DNA of 64,000 nucleotides from Rhizophagus irregularis (Eukaryota): NCBI RefSeq assembly GCF_026210795.1, contig NC_089435.1, positions 3,720,001 to 3,784,000 of the forward strand, read 5' to 3'. Shown piece by piece: positions 52,386 to 64,000 of this stretch (position 1 is its first letter; each line of letters starts with the position of its first letter). The notes under the pieces were generated by a model. It saw only the letters and a program-made list of their open reading frames with translations, ran no database searches and was not told where the DNA came from. The position numbers and the translations under genes were made by a program.

Positions 52386-52856
52386 TTTTTTTGAATTTTT
52401 TTTAATTTTTCTTTTCCAATTTCCATGGATTCATTAATATTATTTATATTTAATTTTAAATTATATAATTATTATGTCATACGCCAAATATTCATGTGAA
52501 TACCCACGATTTCTAAAATTTAGTAAACGTACGCCGCAAATAGAAAGCCATTTACAGTATATACTTAAAAGAAATCTTTTTTATACAGATTTGACTCTAT
52601 TTGCTTAATAAATTCCAAGTATTTCATCAAAATTTTTAATTATTAATTGCTTTTTGGGAACATTTTCAAATGTTTAATCTGCTATTTTTCGCCAAATTTA
52701 TGCGATCCTAATTTTATAATTTAGAAATATGATGAAATTATCAAATCATATAGAAAGATGCCATTTAGGTAAATGATCTGCACAATTACTAATACGTTAA
52801 CTGTTAAAGTATATGATATCATAACGTAATAATATTTATCACACGTAACTGAATGT

Positions 52857-55003
52857 CTATGCTAACTCTGTTAATGATTTATAAAAATTTATTACTTTTT
52901 CTTCAGCAAATACTTTATCCGCTGAAAAATTAAGTACTTGTAAAGAATTAAGAGATGTTGCTCTTGATAAAGCTACATAAGCTTGGCCTATGTTTCAATT
53001 GATTGTCTAAATCGTTATTATCAATTTTTATTTAAAAAAAAAAAAATAAATAAATTAAAATTACCTGTTTCAAACACTCGGTCTAGATTAATTTTAACGC
53101 GTTCTAAAGTATGACCTTGACTTTTATGAATACTAACTGCCCAACAAAGAATAAGTGGAATCTAGAAAAAATATATTTTGGTGAAACTTAATAAATTTAT
53201 ATATTTCACTAATCGAAATCGTTAAACGCGAACCTGTCTACGACTTGCGACTTTTTTCTTATATTTATTTTCTAAAGACCATTCAAACGGAGGAATTACC
53301 TTAGTCTGCCCATTGATAAATTTTACCACAGGCAGTAAAGATACGCTATCTTCTGTAGGAACATCTTCATAAAATTTCGACGTAATTTTAGAAAACCATC
53401 CAACCACAACACCTTTACTACCATTAACTAACTCTGATGTAGTATTTTTAAGTAACATAACCTGAGCATCACGTTTAAGTCTCAAATTCTTTGGGGCCAG
53501 ACAATTTCTTATAAGTGCTTCCAATCGACCACCAAATTTGGGTTCCCAGTCTTCTGCTTCATAAACCATTTCTTTATACGGAAGCTCCGCTAATTTTGCA
53601 GTATTTACATTATTTACATATTTGTTAATAGCATATCTAAAATTGTAAGGAAAAAAAGACAAGAAAATAAGAATTAAGCTTCTTTTATTAGTCATTTAAT
53701 TGAAAGTAGGATCACAAAATTTACAATTCAGTTACAAGAATCCCGTCATTGTTATAAATGGGCGCCTTTTCTAGGTTACTCATAATCTGACTTGATTTTT
53801 CTGATACATGTCCATATCGAAATTCATTCAACATTTTGACAAATTCTGATCAAAAGGTAAAACATTAACTTTGGTGTTAAAAAAGTCAAAAAATAAAAAA
53901 ATTATATTAATATACCTTCTTCACGTTGTCTATGTACTTTAGTAAGTTGAAATGTATGATCAAGCGACTCCGACCATGAATCTACTTCGAAACAATATTT
54001 TACTTTTTCAATATCATTTTTAATCGGAGGAAGTTGAAAAAAATCTCCCGTTAAAACCAACTGAAAAAAAATCAAATATTTTGTTTATTATAAAGTTTTA
54101 TATCCTTAAAATTATTAAAAATAATCAAACCTGTAAACCACCAAAAGGTTTCTCATTACAACGAAAATGTTGAGCAATACGGTTTAATTTATCAAATAAA
54201 TTGCCATTAAGCATGGAAACTAAAATTTATCAATAAAATAATTAACTTTTTACAATATTTTTAACCGCTTCAATTTTATAAAGATTATACCTTCATCAAT
54301 CACCAACGCTTCTGTTTTCTTCCATCTCGCTTTTGCACCTTTAGAGAGATTTTCTATAATATCTTCAATTTCATAATATTGTGTTTGAGGAGTAAGTCCT
54401 GCAAAGGAATGTAAAGTTTGCCCTCCAATATTTATTGCTGCAATACCAGTTGTTGCTGTAATCCCAACATTAGACCGTCCGTAATTTTCTTTTAATGTTT
54501 TAATTATGGAACGTAAAAGTACACTTTTACCAGTTCCTAAAATAAACAAGTCATATATATTTAATATTTAATAATTATTCTTTTTTAACTTTTTAATCAA
54601 GTTACCTGCAGCACCCGTATAAAATACATTTTTACGTTTTGTGGTAATCGAATTTTTAACGGCTTCTTGTTCCGTGCTAAGCTTGATATTACTATCTCTT
54701 TGTTCCTCTAACAATTCCTAAATCGCAAGCTAGAGCTATATCAAATGATTAAGTTGTAGTACCGTAAACATCATCTACATTAATTTAAATTACCTGGTCC
54801 TCTCGTGATGTATGTGGTTCATCTACGCACTAATTTTTTTAAGAAATATTATAAATGATATTTGTAATAAAGATAAATTTTAACGGCTAAAACAATCACT
54901 TAACATGCAATAATTTTTTCAAACTAGCATTAGATATATTTTTCTGGTTCCAATTCATAAAATTCAACAAACTAAAAATACCAGGTTGTTGAAATTTATT
55001 CAT
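52857..55003 (-). CDS. PIF1: PIF1-family 5'-3' DNA helicase, 10 exons, ~492 aa
   Basis: Exons 55003-54905, 54829-54794, 54717-54606, 54536-54291, 54219-54131, 54060-53916, 53845-53725, 53636-53234, 53161-53065 and 52987-52857 (1479 nt). Motifs [91 protein letters not shown]. The first two exons are less certain. Confidence 0.9.
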
Positions 55004-57233
55004 TTTCTCTAGATCATCTCAAGTAAAATAATTTTTAACTTAATATGAGATTATTATAAAAGAATTGTTCAGAAAATTACTGCCTAGATACGAAGAATGA
55101 TTTTAAAAACGTACTTACCAGATTGCAGATAAAACAAAAAAATTTAAAATTTTAAAATATATATCAAAATTATCGAGAACGTGTTAAATAGCCTCTTTAA
55201 TCGTTGGATTTACACGTCCTTGGTACTAATAAAAAATATGCTTTATTTTATGCATAATAAAAATTTTCATTATAAAAAAAATTTCATAAATATAACTTTT
55301 TTTGTACATTAAATCATCAAAGTGATGTCAGAATAATAACTGACATATATATAAAATTCTTTCTTGTTTATGTGTTTGTTTATGATAAATTATGATATTG
55401 AATATTAAATAATGGATATAATCCAATATTTTTTTTTTGTCATATTATAACTACACTTACATATATTAAACTTATACAACTAAACATATATAAGGACTAA
55501 GCATTATGAGACATGACTACTTTTCCAAGGAACTGTTACCTTATGCAATTATATCATTATTACAAACAATGATACAACCAAAATCTCTAGGTTAACTGTC
55601 AAGATCCGCCTAAAAATTTGTCCAATGTCCACCCCAATGAAATGCTATTTGTCCCAATAACTTTACTATTTCAGCATTCTCCTTGTTTCAGTTTTTACTG
55701 CTCAACTTCATTTTCTTGTATTTACTATTAATATTACACCTTTTTTCTTTATCAATTTGCATCTCATTCCTAGATTATTACATGCTACTATTAGCTTGCA
55801 TGTATAATTCTTTCTTTATTAATTGATGTATATACTATCAGATATAAAATGATGAAATCATACAAATAATTTGAATAGAAAAGTAACTCATTTAATCTTT
55901 AACTCGTGTATTTTTGTCGTTTAGATATTTTTTTCGATAAAAAAAAAAATGATTATCATATTACTTATAGGATAGTGACTTGCCCCCTTAAAATTTATAC
56001 TGCAGAAAATTTTGTGAAGTCTTGTGTCATATAATGTTGTGCCTCAGATCGATTCTTGCCTCGCAACTCTCCTCAGAAATCGTCATGTGAGGTGCGTGAT
56101 GTGGATCATTGATAATCTCTGAGGCAAATATCGATCGTTTTCTACTTTTTTATTAATCTGAAATAGTGCTAGTTTAACCCATTAGTAACTACACTAAAAA
56201 ATTGTTTTTAATAGGAACGGTTCTTCACAGCTATGGAAATTATCCAAGTTGCTTAGATTTTAGTTATTTTTTATATCATATTCACAGAAATTACGGATAA
56301 AATTTTTTACAAGGGATCTGCTGACTCTGTAGGAGGAATTGGCTACTCACATGTTACAGAAGTCCAGAAAGCATAATAAAACAAAGAAAAGGAGAATTTA
56401 GCGCCTCCTTCTGGTAAATGATAATGAGGTAAGTTTCGGAAGCTTTTATTTTTTTTTCTTTTTCAGAACGGTACTAACCATTCCTTCCTTTTTCTTTTTT
56501 GTTAAACATTTTAAGGTAGGCCCGGCGTGTCAAATCGTCTTCTCGAATACCTGTGTTTCCTAAATATGTCTGTCTCAGGTAAAAATGTAACACATAGAAA
56601 TTGGATTGATACTCTTAGCGATATCTGGAAAAACCATCCTGTTGCACGGATTCAGAAATTAGCAGACAAAAGTATCAAAAATTATCAGGTGATGTATTTG
56701 CATTTATTGTACGAGGATACGGGATTAAACAGAAGTTGGTATCGCTCCTGCGTTCATCCTCCGCTTTGGGCGCAGGATTAGATCCTCTGCTTTCCTCCAC
56801 TTTCGGAGAGCGATATCAACGGGAAGATGGGAATCACGGTGATCCTCTGCTTTCATCTTGTGGCATAATCCTCCGCTTTTATCCCATCTTTCACGGGGCT
56901 CTGTTTTCTGTTGGTCATCTTCCGCTTTGGCACTGCATTAAATTCAGCCACTAATCTGGTTGATCCCGAAAAATTATTTTCATTTATATGTCCTTTGATA
57001 AAACACGCTTAAACCTGTCGTCAACGTTTATATATTTTTTCTAACTTAGAATGAAATCAAATCTCAAGCTGTCTTAAAATTCTGGACAGATATCGAAAAA
57101 GCAAAACTCAGAAACAAATTATATTCTATTCACTTCAATGGATTTGCAGAACTGGTTAATATTTATTTTCTGTGCATCACACCATTTTCTCTGCTTTTAC
57201 ATTCAGGTTGAAAATAGAAACAATTTCGGGTAC

Positions 57234-57431
57234 AATGAACTTCAAGATATTCAGGTCGAAAATAGTGATATTCAAGTTGATAATAGGGATAATTCAACCC
57301 ACAAACCGAGCATAATGAACTTCAAGATATTCAGGTCGAAGATAGTGATATTCAAGTTGATAATAGGGATAATTCAAACCCACAAACCGAGCATAATGAA
57401 CTTTGAGATATTCAGGTCGAAAATAGTGATA
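57234..57431 (+). repeat. ~2.4 tandem copies of an 80/81-bp unit inside a decayed plus-strand gene (~56230-57900)
   Basis: aatgaacttcaagatattcaggtcgaa... starts at 57234, 57314 and 57395. The 81-bp unit encodes NELQDIQVE.SDIQVDNRDNSNPQTEH; copy 1 lacks one base. Confidence 0.85.
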
Positions 57432-58859
57432 AATCAGCCGGAAATACAGAATCCGGCTTTGATAATGATGAAGAACCATACGAAGAGTGAGTAATTGCTT
57501 CTTGCGCTTTAATATTATAGACTTCCTATTCACATTTATTATTCTTCTATGTAGGGAACATTTTGCACACATTATTGATCTTGATAAAGTGACGGAACGA
57601 GATAGACCTCCGTTCTTGAATATTACCGAATCACAATTACCATCAATAAAATTACCTAAATCTGTTGAACAACAACTTGACTATTATCTGGCGGAGACAA
57701 CTATTGAAAAAATTTGGGAATCATTCGAGTCATACAAAATCGTAAATTCGGACGATGAGCTTTACACTCGCAAAAGTCGTGGATCACTTGTAAGTGCTGT
57801 TAGTATGATTTCATTGTATGAAGAACCAAAATTATTCTTGACTAATGATGCAAAATAATAGTATTTTTTGTCTCGAGAAACGACCAGAGTATTTTGCGCA
57901 ACGGCCGAGTACAGAGACAACATTCCGTGTTCGATTTATTGAACCCATAATCATATTTATATTTAAAAACTTGGACTTTACCTGGTAAATGACTACAACA
58001 TAAGTTATTTTTAGTCTTCCGGCAAAGTGATCACTTTCTATAACACATCAAATAGATTGTACATGTATTTTTTTTTATCAAATATCTCTAAGGCAATGTG
58101 TGAATATATGAGTGGCGGTCGAAGGGCGAGAAGTAGTCGAGCTGGCGTTAAATATTTTGATGAATTTCGTACTCATTTTTGGGAGAGGCCTGAAGATTCA
58201 TTTGACAGAATCCGTAATATAAATATTTCCAATTGCAGACGAAATAGGAGAAATTCTTCATCTACACCTTCTATTGGAGAGGTTGAACAGACTCTAGGCC
58301 AAAGATCGTCTAGCCGAAGACGTCGATGGATGAAGCAATCAAAGGAAGGCGCTGTGCATAGCCTAGAGACATTTCCTCATATTATTACCCGATACCATTT
58401 GTATCTCCTCCGCATTTCTTGAGAATTGTTGATTGTCAACCTTATAAGATGGTGATTGGGTAGTTGAAGTCGCCATGTTTGCTCCAATATTTCTTGGATT
58501 TCCCCCATCATCATCATTATGGGCCAAAGATGGAGCTTGAGACGGATTACGAGATGGAGATTCCAAATGTATACAACTCAGTTAATATATTTGAAAATTA
58601 ATAAAGTATTCTTCGGGAATAAGCAGGAGGAGGGATTTAACCTTTATCTATAAGCAAAAATAGTATCATCATGTAAAATTATGCGCAACAATAATTGCAT
58701 GTAACTAAAATTTCGAAATTGATGCAAATGAATTGTATTTATTTATTCAATAAGTAGTTTACACAGCATTCACATAAGCTTAAAAAATATATATAAGCCC
58801 GATGTGGGCATGAAGACATTATTCGTGAATAAAAAAAATAGAAGTTATTAAGCCTTTTT

Positions 58860-59871
58860 TTAATAACATGCAAGTCTAAAGTGAATTCGTTAAGAATTTG
58901 AGACCTAAAATAACACGGATTATTTCGAATGCTCCAGATAATATTATTTCCATTAATTCGATACCATTGATTGATCAGATCAATTTATAATACCATGCAA
59001 GTTTAAAGTGAATCCATTAAGAATTCGAGACCTAAAAGTACTCGGATTATTTCGAGTGTTCCAGACAACATTATTCCCATTAATTCGACACCACGTCAAA
59101 GTTTGATCAAGCGGATCAATTAAGATACCTTCCTAGATAAAACAACCATAATAATTAATAGCAATAGCAGAATAAACATAAACAACAAATAAACAATTAT
59201 TAATCACTTACATCTACCCCAGAAGCCATTTAATCTAACATTTTATTATGACAATAATCCCAAGAATCATTATCAGAACATATTTCCGCAACGAAATTTG
59301 GAGTGACTGGTGGAAACGCCTCAGCTTGATTGTTAGTGGACCTTGTGGCAAGAACCACAGAGTAGGGATCGGAAAAGATTCGATTAAAATCGAAACTATC
59401 GAAAATCGATAAGAATCGATTTTAAATCGAATCTCGAATAAAAATCGAATCTACTTATTGTGGCGCAGTTTCGTTAATTTGACCGTAAATTATTATTTGT
59501 TCATAATAGTTAATTTTGGCCAAATTCATAATTCCGCCCGCGAATCACGTGAAGGAACACAAACTTCCTAAAAAGGAAATTTTATCTCCCAATAAAATTC
59601 AAGTTGCTATCGCACAAGGTTGTACAAAATTCCAAAAAAGGAAATTTGTTCGTCGATCACTATGATTTTGTAATCACGTGATATGTGTTTAAACACACCT
59701 ATTATAAATAGTATAAAAAAAAATCAGTATTTGCGAAATGATTAATCGCGATTAATCGATTTTAGAATCGATTCTAATAATGGGAATCGATTCCAATCCC
59801 TACCACAGAGGTATCTGGACCTCAAATAGTAGGATTTGGCAGAGGTAAATTATAGTATGTGAGTGAGTGAC
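58860..59871 (-). pseudogene. Uma2-family endonuclease pseudogene (3' part), interrupted by a hAT MITE, with its C-terminal segment tandemly duplicated
   Basis: Minus strand reads YNLPLPNPTI*GPDTSVVLATR, EAFPPVTPNFVAEICSDNDSW..HNKMLD*MASGVD|intron|EGILIDPLDQ..WCRINGNNVVWNTRNNP..ILNGFTLNL. Colinear with the gene at 63431. ~100-bp direct repeat at 58867 and 58994. Confidence 0.8.
59363..59802. mobile_element. hAT-type MITE, 440 bp, with perfect 8-bp TSD
   Basis: TSD ccacagag at 59355-59362 and 59803-59810. TIR tagggatcggaaaagattc versus tagggattggaatcgattc. Subterminal aatcga repeats. Confidence 0.92.
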
Positions 59872-61181
59872 TAAGGTTGCCTGCCGAAACTGTTTTCCAA
59901 TTTCCGAAACGTTTCGGCTATGAAGTTCCAGTCCGAAATTAAAACCGAAACCTGAAATGTTTTCCGAAATGGCGTAATTAAGCCAAAACTGTTATTAATA
60001 AAAGGACCAAAGAGAAACATTAGAAACGTTTCTTTAATCATAAATACGCCTTCCCATTACCTCCACCGACCACATACCTTAATTCCCAAAGTTCAATTCA
60101 TAATACTCGTCCGGAAAGGCAGAAATCCTACAAAAAGAAAACCAGAAACGTTAATAACGTTTCTTAAAGAATTTTTTTTTTAAAAAAAAAAATGAAATAA
60201 ACCTCACCTTCAATGGTTTATTTCCAAAGCCGGGTTGTAATATTCGTCCAGGAATCCTACAAAAAGAAAACAGAAACGTTAATAACATTTCTTAAAGAAA
60301 TTTAAAAAAAACAACGAAATAAAAACGAATAACTCACCTTTAATAGTTTAATGGTTCCGTGGTCGGTAGTTCGTAATACTCATCCGGGAACCAAGCAGCA
60401 ATGGTGCGAAATATAAATATTGCATTTTCAAGTATATTATTTGATAAATCAATTTTATTGGGTAAAACAAGAGAGTGGGAATTATTAAGAGGTGTAGAAT
60501 TTTTTATTTTTAATACAGGTAAAGGCTTTGTTTGATAGAATTTCTTTGGGAATTTTTTTAATAAAAAGATTTTTTTGATAAAAAATTTCGTTAGAGAATT
60601 TTTTTCATTGATAGGGACATTTCTGAGTTTTTTTTTGATGGATAAAACTTTTATTTGATAGATATTTCATTGGAGAATTTTTTTTTAATAAGATTTACAT
60701 ATACTTAATTTGTTGGAACAATTTTTTTTTTTGCTACAAAAAGAAAATCAGAAACGTTAATAACGTCTCTAATTTATTTATTATAAATTTATAATCAGAA
60801 TCAGATGATCCAAATGATTAGATTAACATTTTAGTACGAATTCTGATGATTTCTGATAATCTCTCTCCTTATATGGACCGGTGCAAATATTTTGCGAAAA
60901 TAAAAATTAAAAATATAAAAAAAAGTTAATACTTTTTAATTAGAAAAAAAAAATATTTTTTTTTTAGAAATATTTAAATAAATAATTAAATAAATTATTA
61001 ATTATAATGTTAAAATATTAAATTATCAATTAAATTAATAAAATTATATTTATAATTTCGGTTAAATTTCGGACTTTCGGTATTGTAAGTTTCGGCAAAT
61101 TTATTTTTAATTGCCTAAACTTTTGGCAATAGAAAAGTTTCGGCCTTGGCCTAAACTACCTAATTTTGGCAGGCAACCTTA
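59872..61181. mobile_element. hAT-like non-autonomous element, ~1.3 kb, no matching TSD
   Basis: TIR taaggttgcctgccgaaa versus taaggttgcctgccaaaa (17/18). Subterminal ccgaaa/tttcgg repeats. Three internal copies of ctacaaaaagaaaa..agaaacgttaataac. Confidence 0.82.
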
Positions 61182-61399
61182 ACTGTAGTATAATTCAAGA
61201 TAGTTAATTTCGCAACCAAGAAATTATCTATATTTTTGTCGTATCTAAAATCTTACATTATTTTAATAAAAACCTATTTTCTTTAACTGAATATTCAACA
61301 TTATTTCACGTGATTATTTGTGATCAATTCAAGACTTTCCTATTAAATTAAACTCCAGTTAACCTGTTAAAGCATTAAAGTTTTTCAGTCAGCTTTAAT

Positions 61400-61990
61400 C
61401 ATTGACAGAATAACAACATCATGATATTTAATATATAATAACTGTTATTTACTACTCATCCAAAAAATACTTATTAATTTTGAAGAGATCATATTAATTC
61501 TTAGAATTACAATAAATAAAGGTTATTATGTTGTTTAGCTAATAGGCTTTTCAGTAGATTAGCTAAGTCATTTGAAGTATCAACAATTTGCCACTTAACT
61601 TTTTGAATAAAATTTAGTATATCTTGAAAATGAATATATTGAATATCATATTTAAGGAGCAAATAATATGAATATCTGAAATTTCATATGATACAAAATA
61701 TTTAATATTATTTTTTATTTTGGCAGGTAAAGCATAAAATTTAGCTAAAAATATTGCTATATCAGATAAAAGTATATGATTATGTTCATTCAAAAATGTG
61801 TTAATGAAAATAAAATAAATTTGGATAAATTGATATACCAATTGAGTTTTTTTTGTATTCTTATTTCTGATGGCTGTAATACGATTATTATCATTTGGAG
61901 CTTTTTCTGAATATTTACAATTTAAATATCTTGAGTAAATACTTCTATCTAAATTTTTATCCATACATTTTTTCTTACAGTAAATCTTTT
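61400..61990 (-). pseudogene. MULE/FAR1-like transposase relic
   Basis: Minus strand reads YLNCKYS..RNKNTKK..FLNEHNHIL, then QDILNFIQKVK..NDLANLLKSL and KLISIFWMS..QLLYIKYHDVVI. Heavily AT-mutated. Confidence 0.55.
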
Positions 61991-62312
61991 AAAACATCTA
62001 TATTCTATATAATAATGTACTATAATATTAAAATTAGAAAATAAAGTTCCTTTTTTAATATTAGGACAATTAGAAAACCTAAAAAAGTTTTTTTCAAATT
62101 GGATTTAAGATTTTAAGTAATGCATATGGTTTTAATCAGAATTATAAATAAAACAAAAATATACAAAAATTTAATAAAATAAGTAAACTAGAAAACTGAA
62201 AAATTATAAATATTAAACAAATATTAATAAAATTAAACCAGTAGTATTATTCTCATAACTAGTCTCTTTTTCTGAAAAATCCACTTGAATAGGATTTACA
62301 AATATATATATA

Positions 62313-62500
62313 GGGGTCAGGTGATGAAAAAAATTTTTATTATGAATCGTATGCATTTTTTCAGGACTGGAATTATGATAATGTCAGCTGGTTACTATAA
62401 TAGAAAATAAAATTCTGACTGGCATTATCAAAAATTATCTAAAAAAGAAAAGATTTCATGATTTTTTTAGTTCAAAATACTCAAACTCAAACCTAACCCT
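62313..62500. mobile_element. Possible small MITE in a TA run
   Basis: tata-ggggtcaggt at the left end and acctaaccct-tata at the right end (imperfect short TIR). Confidence 0.4.
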
Positions 62501-62860
62501 TATATATATATTTTTGAGTTCTACTTAAATATTAAAGTTAAAATCAGCAAAGAAAAATGTCATATTGTTATCATTATTATTTTATAAAGAATTCATTTAT
62601 TAAGTCTTGAAAACTTATTAATTATAAAGAAAAAAAGTATAAAGAATTTTTAGATATATGGAACTTATTTTTTTTTTTTATAAAAAATTCTTTTAAAAAA
62701 AAATAAAAAAAAATTTCCATGTTTATTTGTTGTTAAAAAAGTAATGAATTATAAATGATAAATCATATGATTATTATATTATATAATCAAATAAATCAAT
62801 AAATAACAATTTAACATATATTATGTGTAAATTTAACAATAAATAAATTTACATTTTACT

Positions 62861-63060
62861 TCACGTGATTTTTGAATTTTGGCCAGAATTAAGTGATCTA
62901 CATAGAAATTTCCATTTTTTGAATCTTGTGTAATACATTTCTCCATTTTTGATAAGAATAAACCTGCCTTTTTTGTATTGTATAACGTTACTCATTTGGC
63001 CAAAAGGAAATTTCTATGTCAATTACTTAATTCCGGCCAAATTTTAAAAAAATCACGTGA
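62861..63060. mobile_element. Foldback element with ~55-bp imperfect inverted arms bounded by TCACGTGA
   Basis: Left tcacgtgatttttgaattttggccagaattaagtgatctacatagaaatttcc versus reverse complement of the right arm tcacgtgatttttttaaaatttggccggaattaagtaattgacatagaaatttcc. Confidence 0.7.
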
Positions 63061-63430
63061 TAAATGACAAATATCGCTTATCATTTACTGGTTTTGTGGG
63101 CGCAGTTTTTTGTGTCATGGGGGGTGACAAATAAATTAATGTCCCTTGTTCCTTATATGGTGAAGATTGACACAAACCGCGTCCACAACTTGCGTGCTCC
63201 GAAATGACATAATGACATATCTGATATGTCATGTCACTAAAGCCATTTGTGTCATTTCATATCACTTTACATCACTGGATTATGGTTTATAAAATTTATT
63301 TTTGCGATAAAAAAAAAATGGCATATTACTTGTGACTTATATTTATCTTGTGACTCATATTTATTTAGACTACTGATTAATTTTTAATCACCAAAATTTA
63401 TACTTCTATACATACTTTTACGTTGTCAAA

Positions 63431-64000
63431 ATGTCTGAATTCACTTATGAAGAACTCGCTCCTCATTACCAACTGGACAGGAATAGTCTTGAAATAACGC
63501 GTGTTGACTGTGTCCCTGTTACTTTAGAAGATTTCAAAGAAATTACAAAAAAACTTCCTCCTTCTCATAATTTGGAATTAGCTGCCAACAAAATTACTGT
63601 AAAAATGCCCGTTAGCGCTCTAACTGGTATGCTATTTTTGTTAGAATTTCAACAAACGTTTCTTTTCCGTGTTTTAATCATGATAAAAAAATAGGTCAAA
63701 GAGAAGCTTATCTTATAGGACGAATCACCATATGGTGTGAAAACAATCCTTTACTTGTTGGATTAGTCGGAAGTAGTAACGTATATTACAATTTACCTCT
63801 TCCAAATCCCACTGTTCGTAGTCCGGATGCTTCCGTGGTTCTTGCCGCGAGGTTCTTTTCTAATTATATAAATGGTTTACATGTTTGTATATTTTTATAT
63901 TTTTTTAACTTTTTTTTTATTGCAGGTGGGGCGCACTAACCCGTAACGAACAAGAGGAGGCGTTTCCGTCAGTCACTCCAAATTTCATTGCAGAAGTACG
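63431..64000 (+). CDS. Uma2-family (DUF820, PD-(D/E)xK) putative endonuclease, spliced, runs off the window end
   Basis: Exons 63431-63626, 63695-63851 and 63926 onward. Reads VTLEDF..NLEL..KITVKMPVSALTGQREAYL..GLVGSSNVYYNLP..VRSPDASVVLAARWGALT..EAFPSVTPNFIAEVR, matching the Uma2 pattern RSPDxS.V..RW..L...F...P(D/N)F..EV. Confidence 0.8.

Noticed and set aside
52857..55003. Helitron RepHel
   Set aside because: No HUH Rep domain or Helitron termini seen, and the motifs resemble cellular Pif1.

Overview
AT-rich, intron-containing eukaryotic DNA. The gene families (MATA-HMG, BTB-BACK-TLDc, F-box/LRR-like, Crinkler-like, Argonaute, spliced Uma2 nuclease) point to a glomeromycotan (arbuscular mycorrhizal, Rhizophagus-like) fungus; this is an inference from family content. 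From 1 to 8.15 kb lies a near full-length, mutated LINE (ORF1 with RRM and zinc knuckle; ORF2 with APE, RT, RNase H and C-terminal CCHC). From 8 to 19 kb there is one F-box-like gene among MITEs, a second LINE 3' fragment and transposase or pseudogene relics. From 20 to 43.4 kb is a gene-rich block: HMG box, a hypothetical protein, PEX7, a SAM methyltransferase, BTB-TLDc, a 14-exon Argonaute with an intact DEDH tetrad, an F-box/LRR-like gene, a 9-exon P450 and a GPI-type Ser/Thr-rich protein. From 44 to 49.7 kb are MITEs and a Crinkler-like pseudogene between ~100-140 bp direct repeats. From 50 to 55 kb are a BTB protein, an unannotated 3-exon 86-aa gene and a compact 10-exon PIF1 helicase. 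From 56 to 64 kb are pseudogenes, two hAT-type non-autonomous elements, a MULE relic and a divergent pair of Uma2-family (bacterial-type PD-(D/E)xK) nuclease genes, one intact so far as visible and one destroyed by TEs. Exon structures were reconstructed by eye from GT-AG sites and checked for frame; no database searches were possible.
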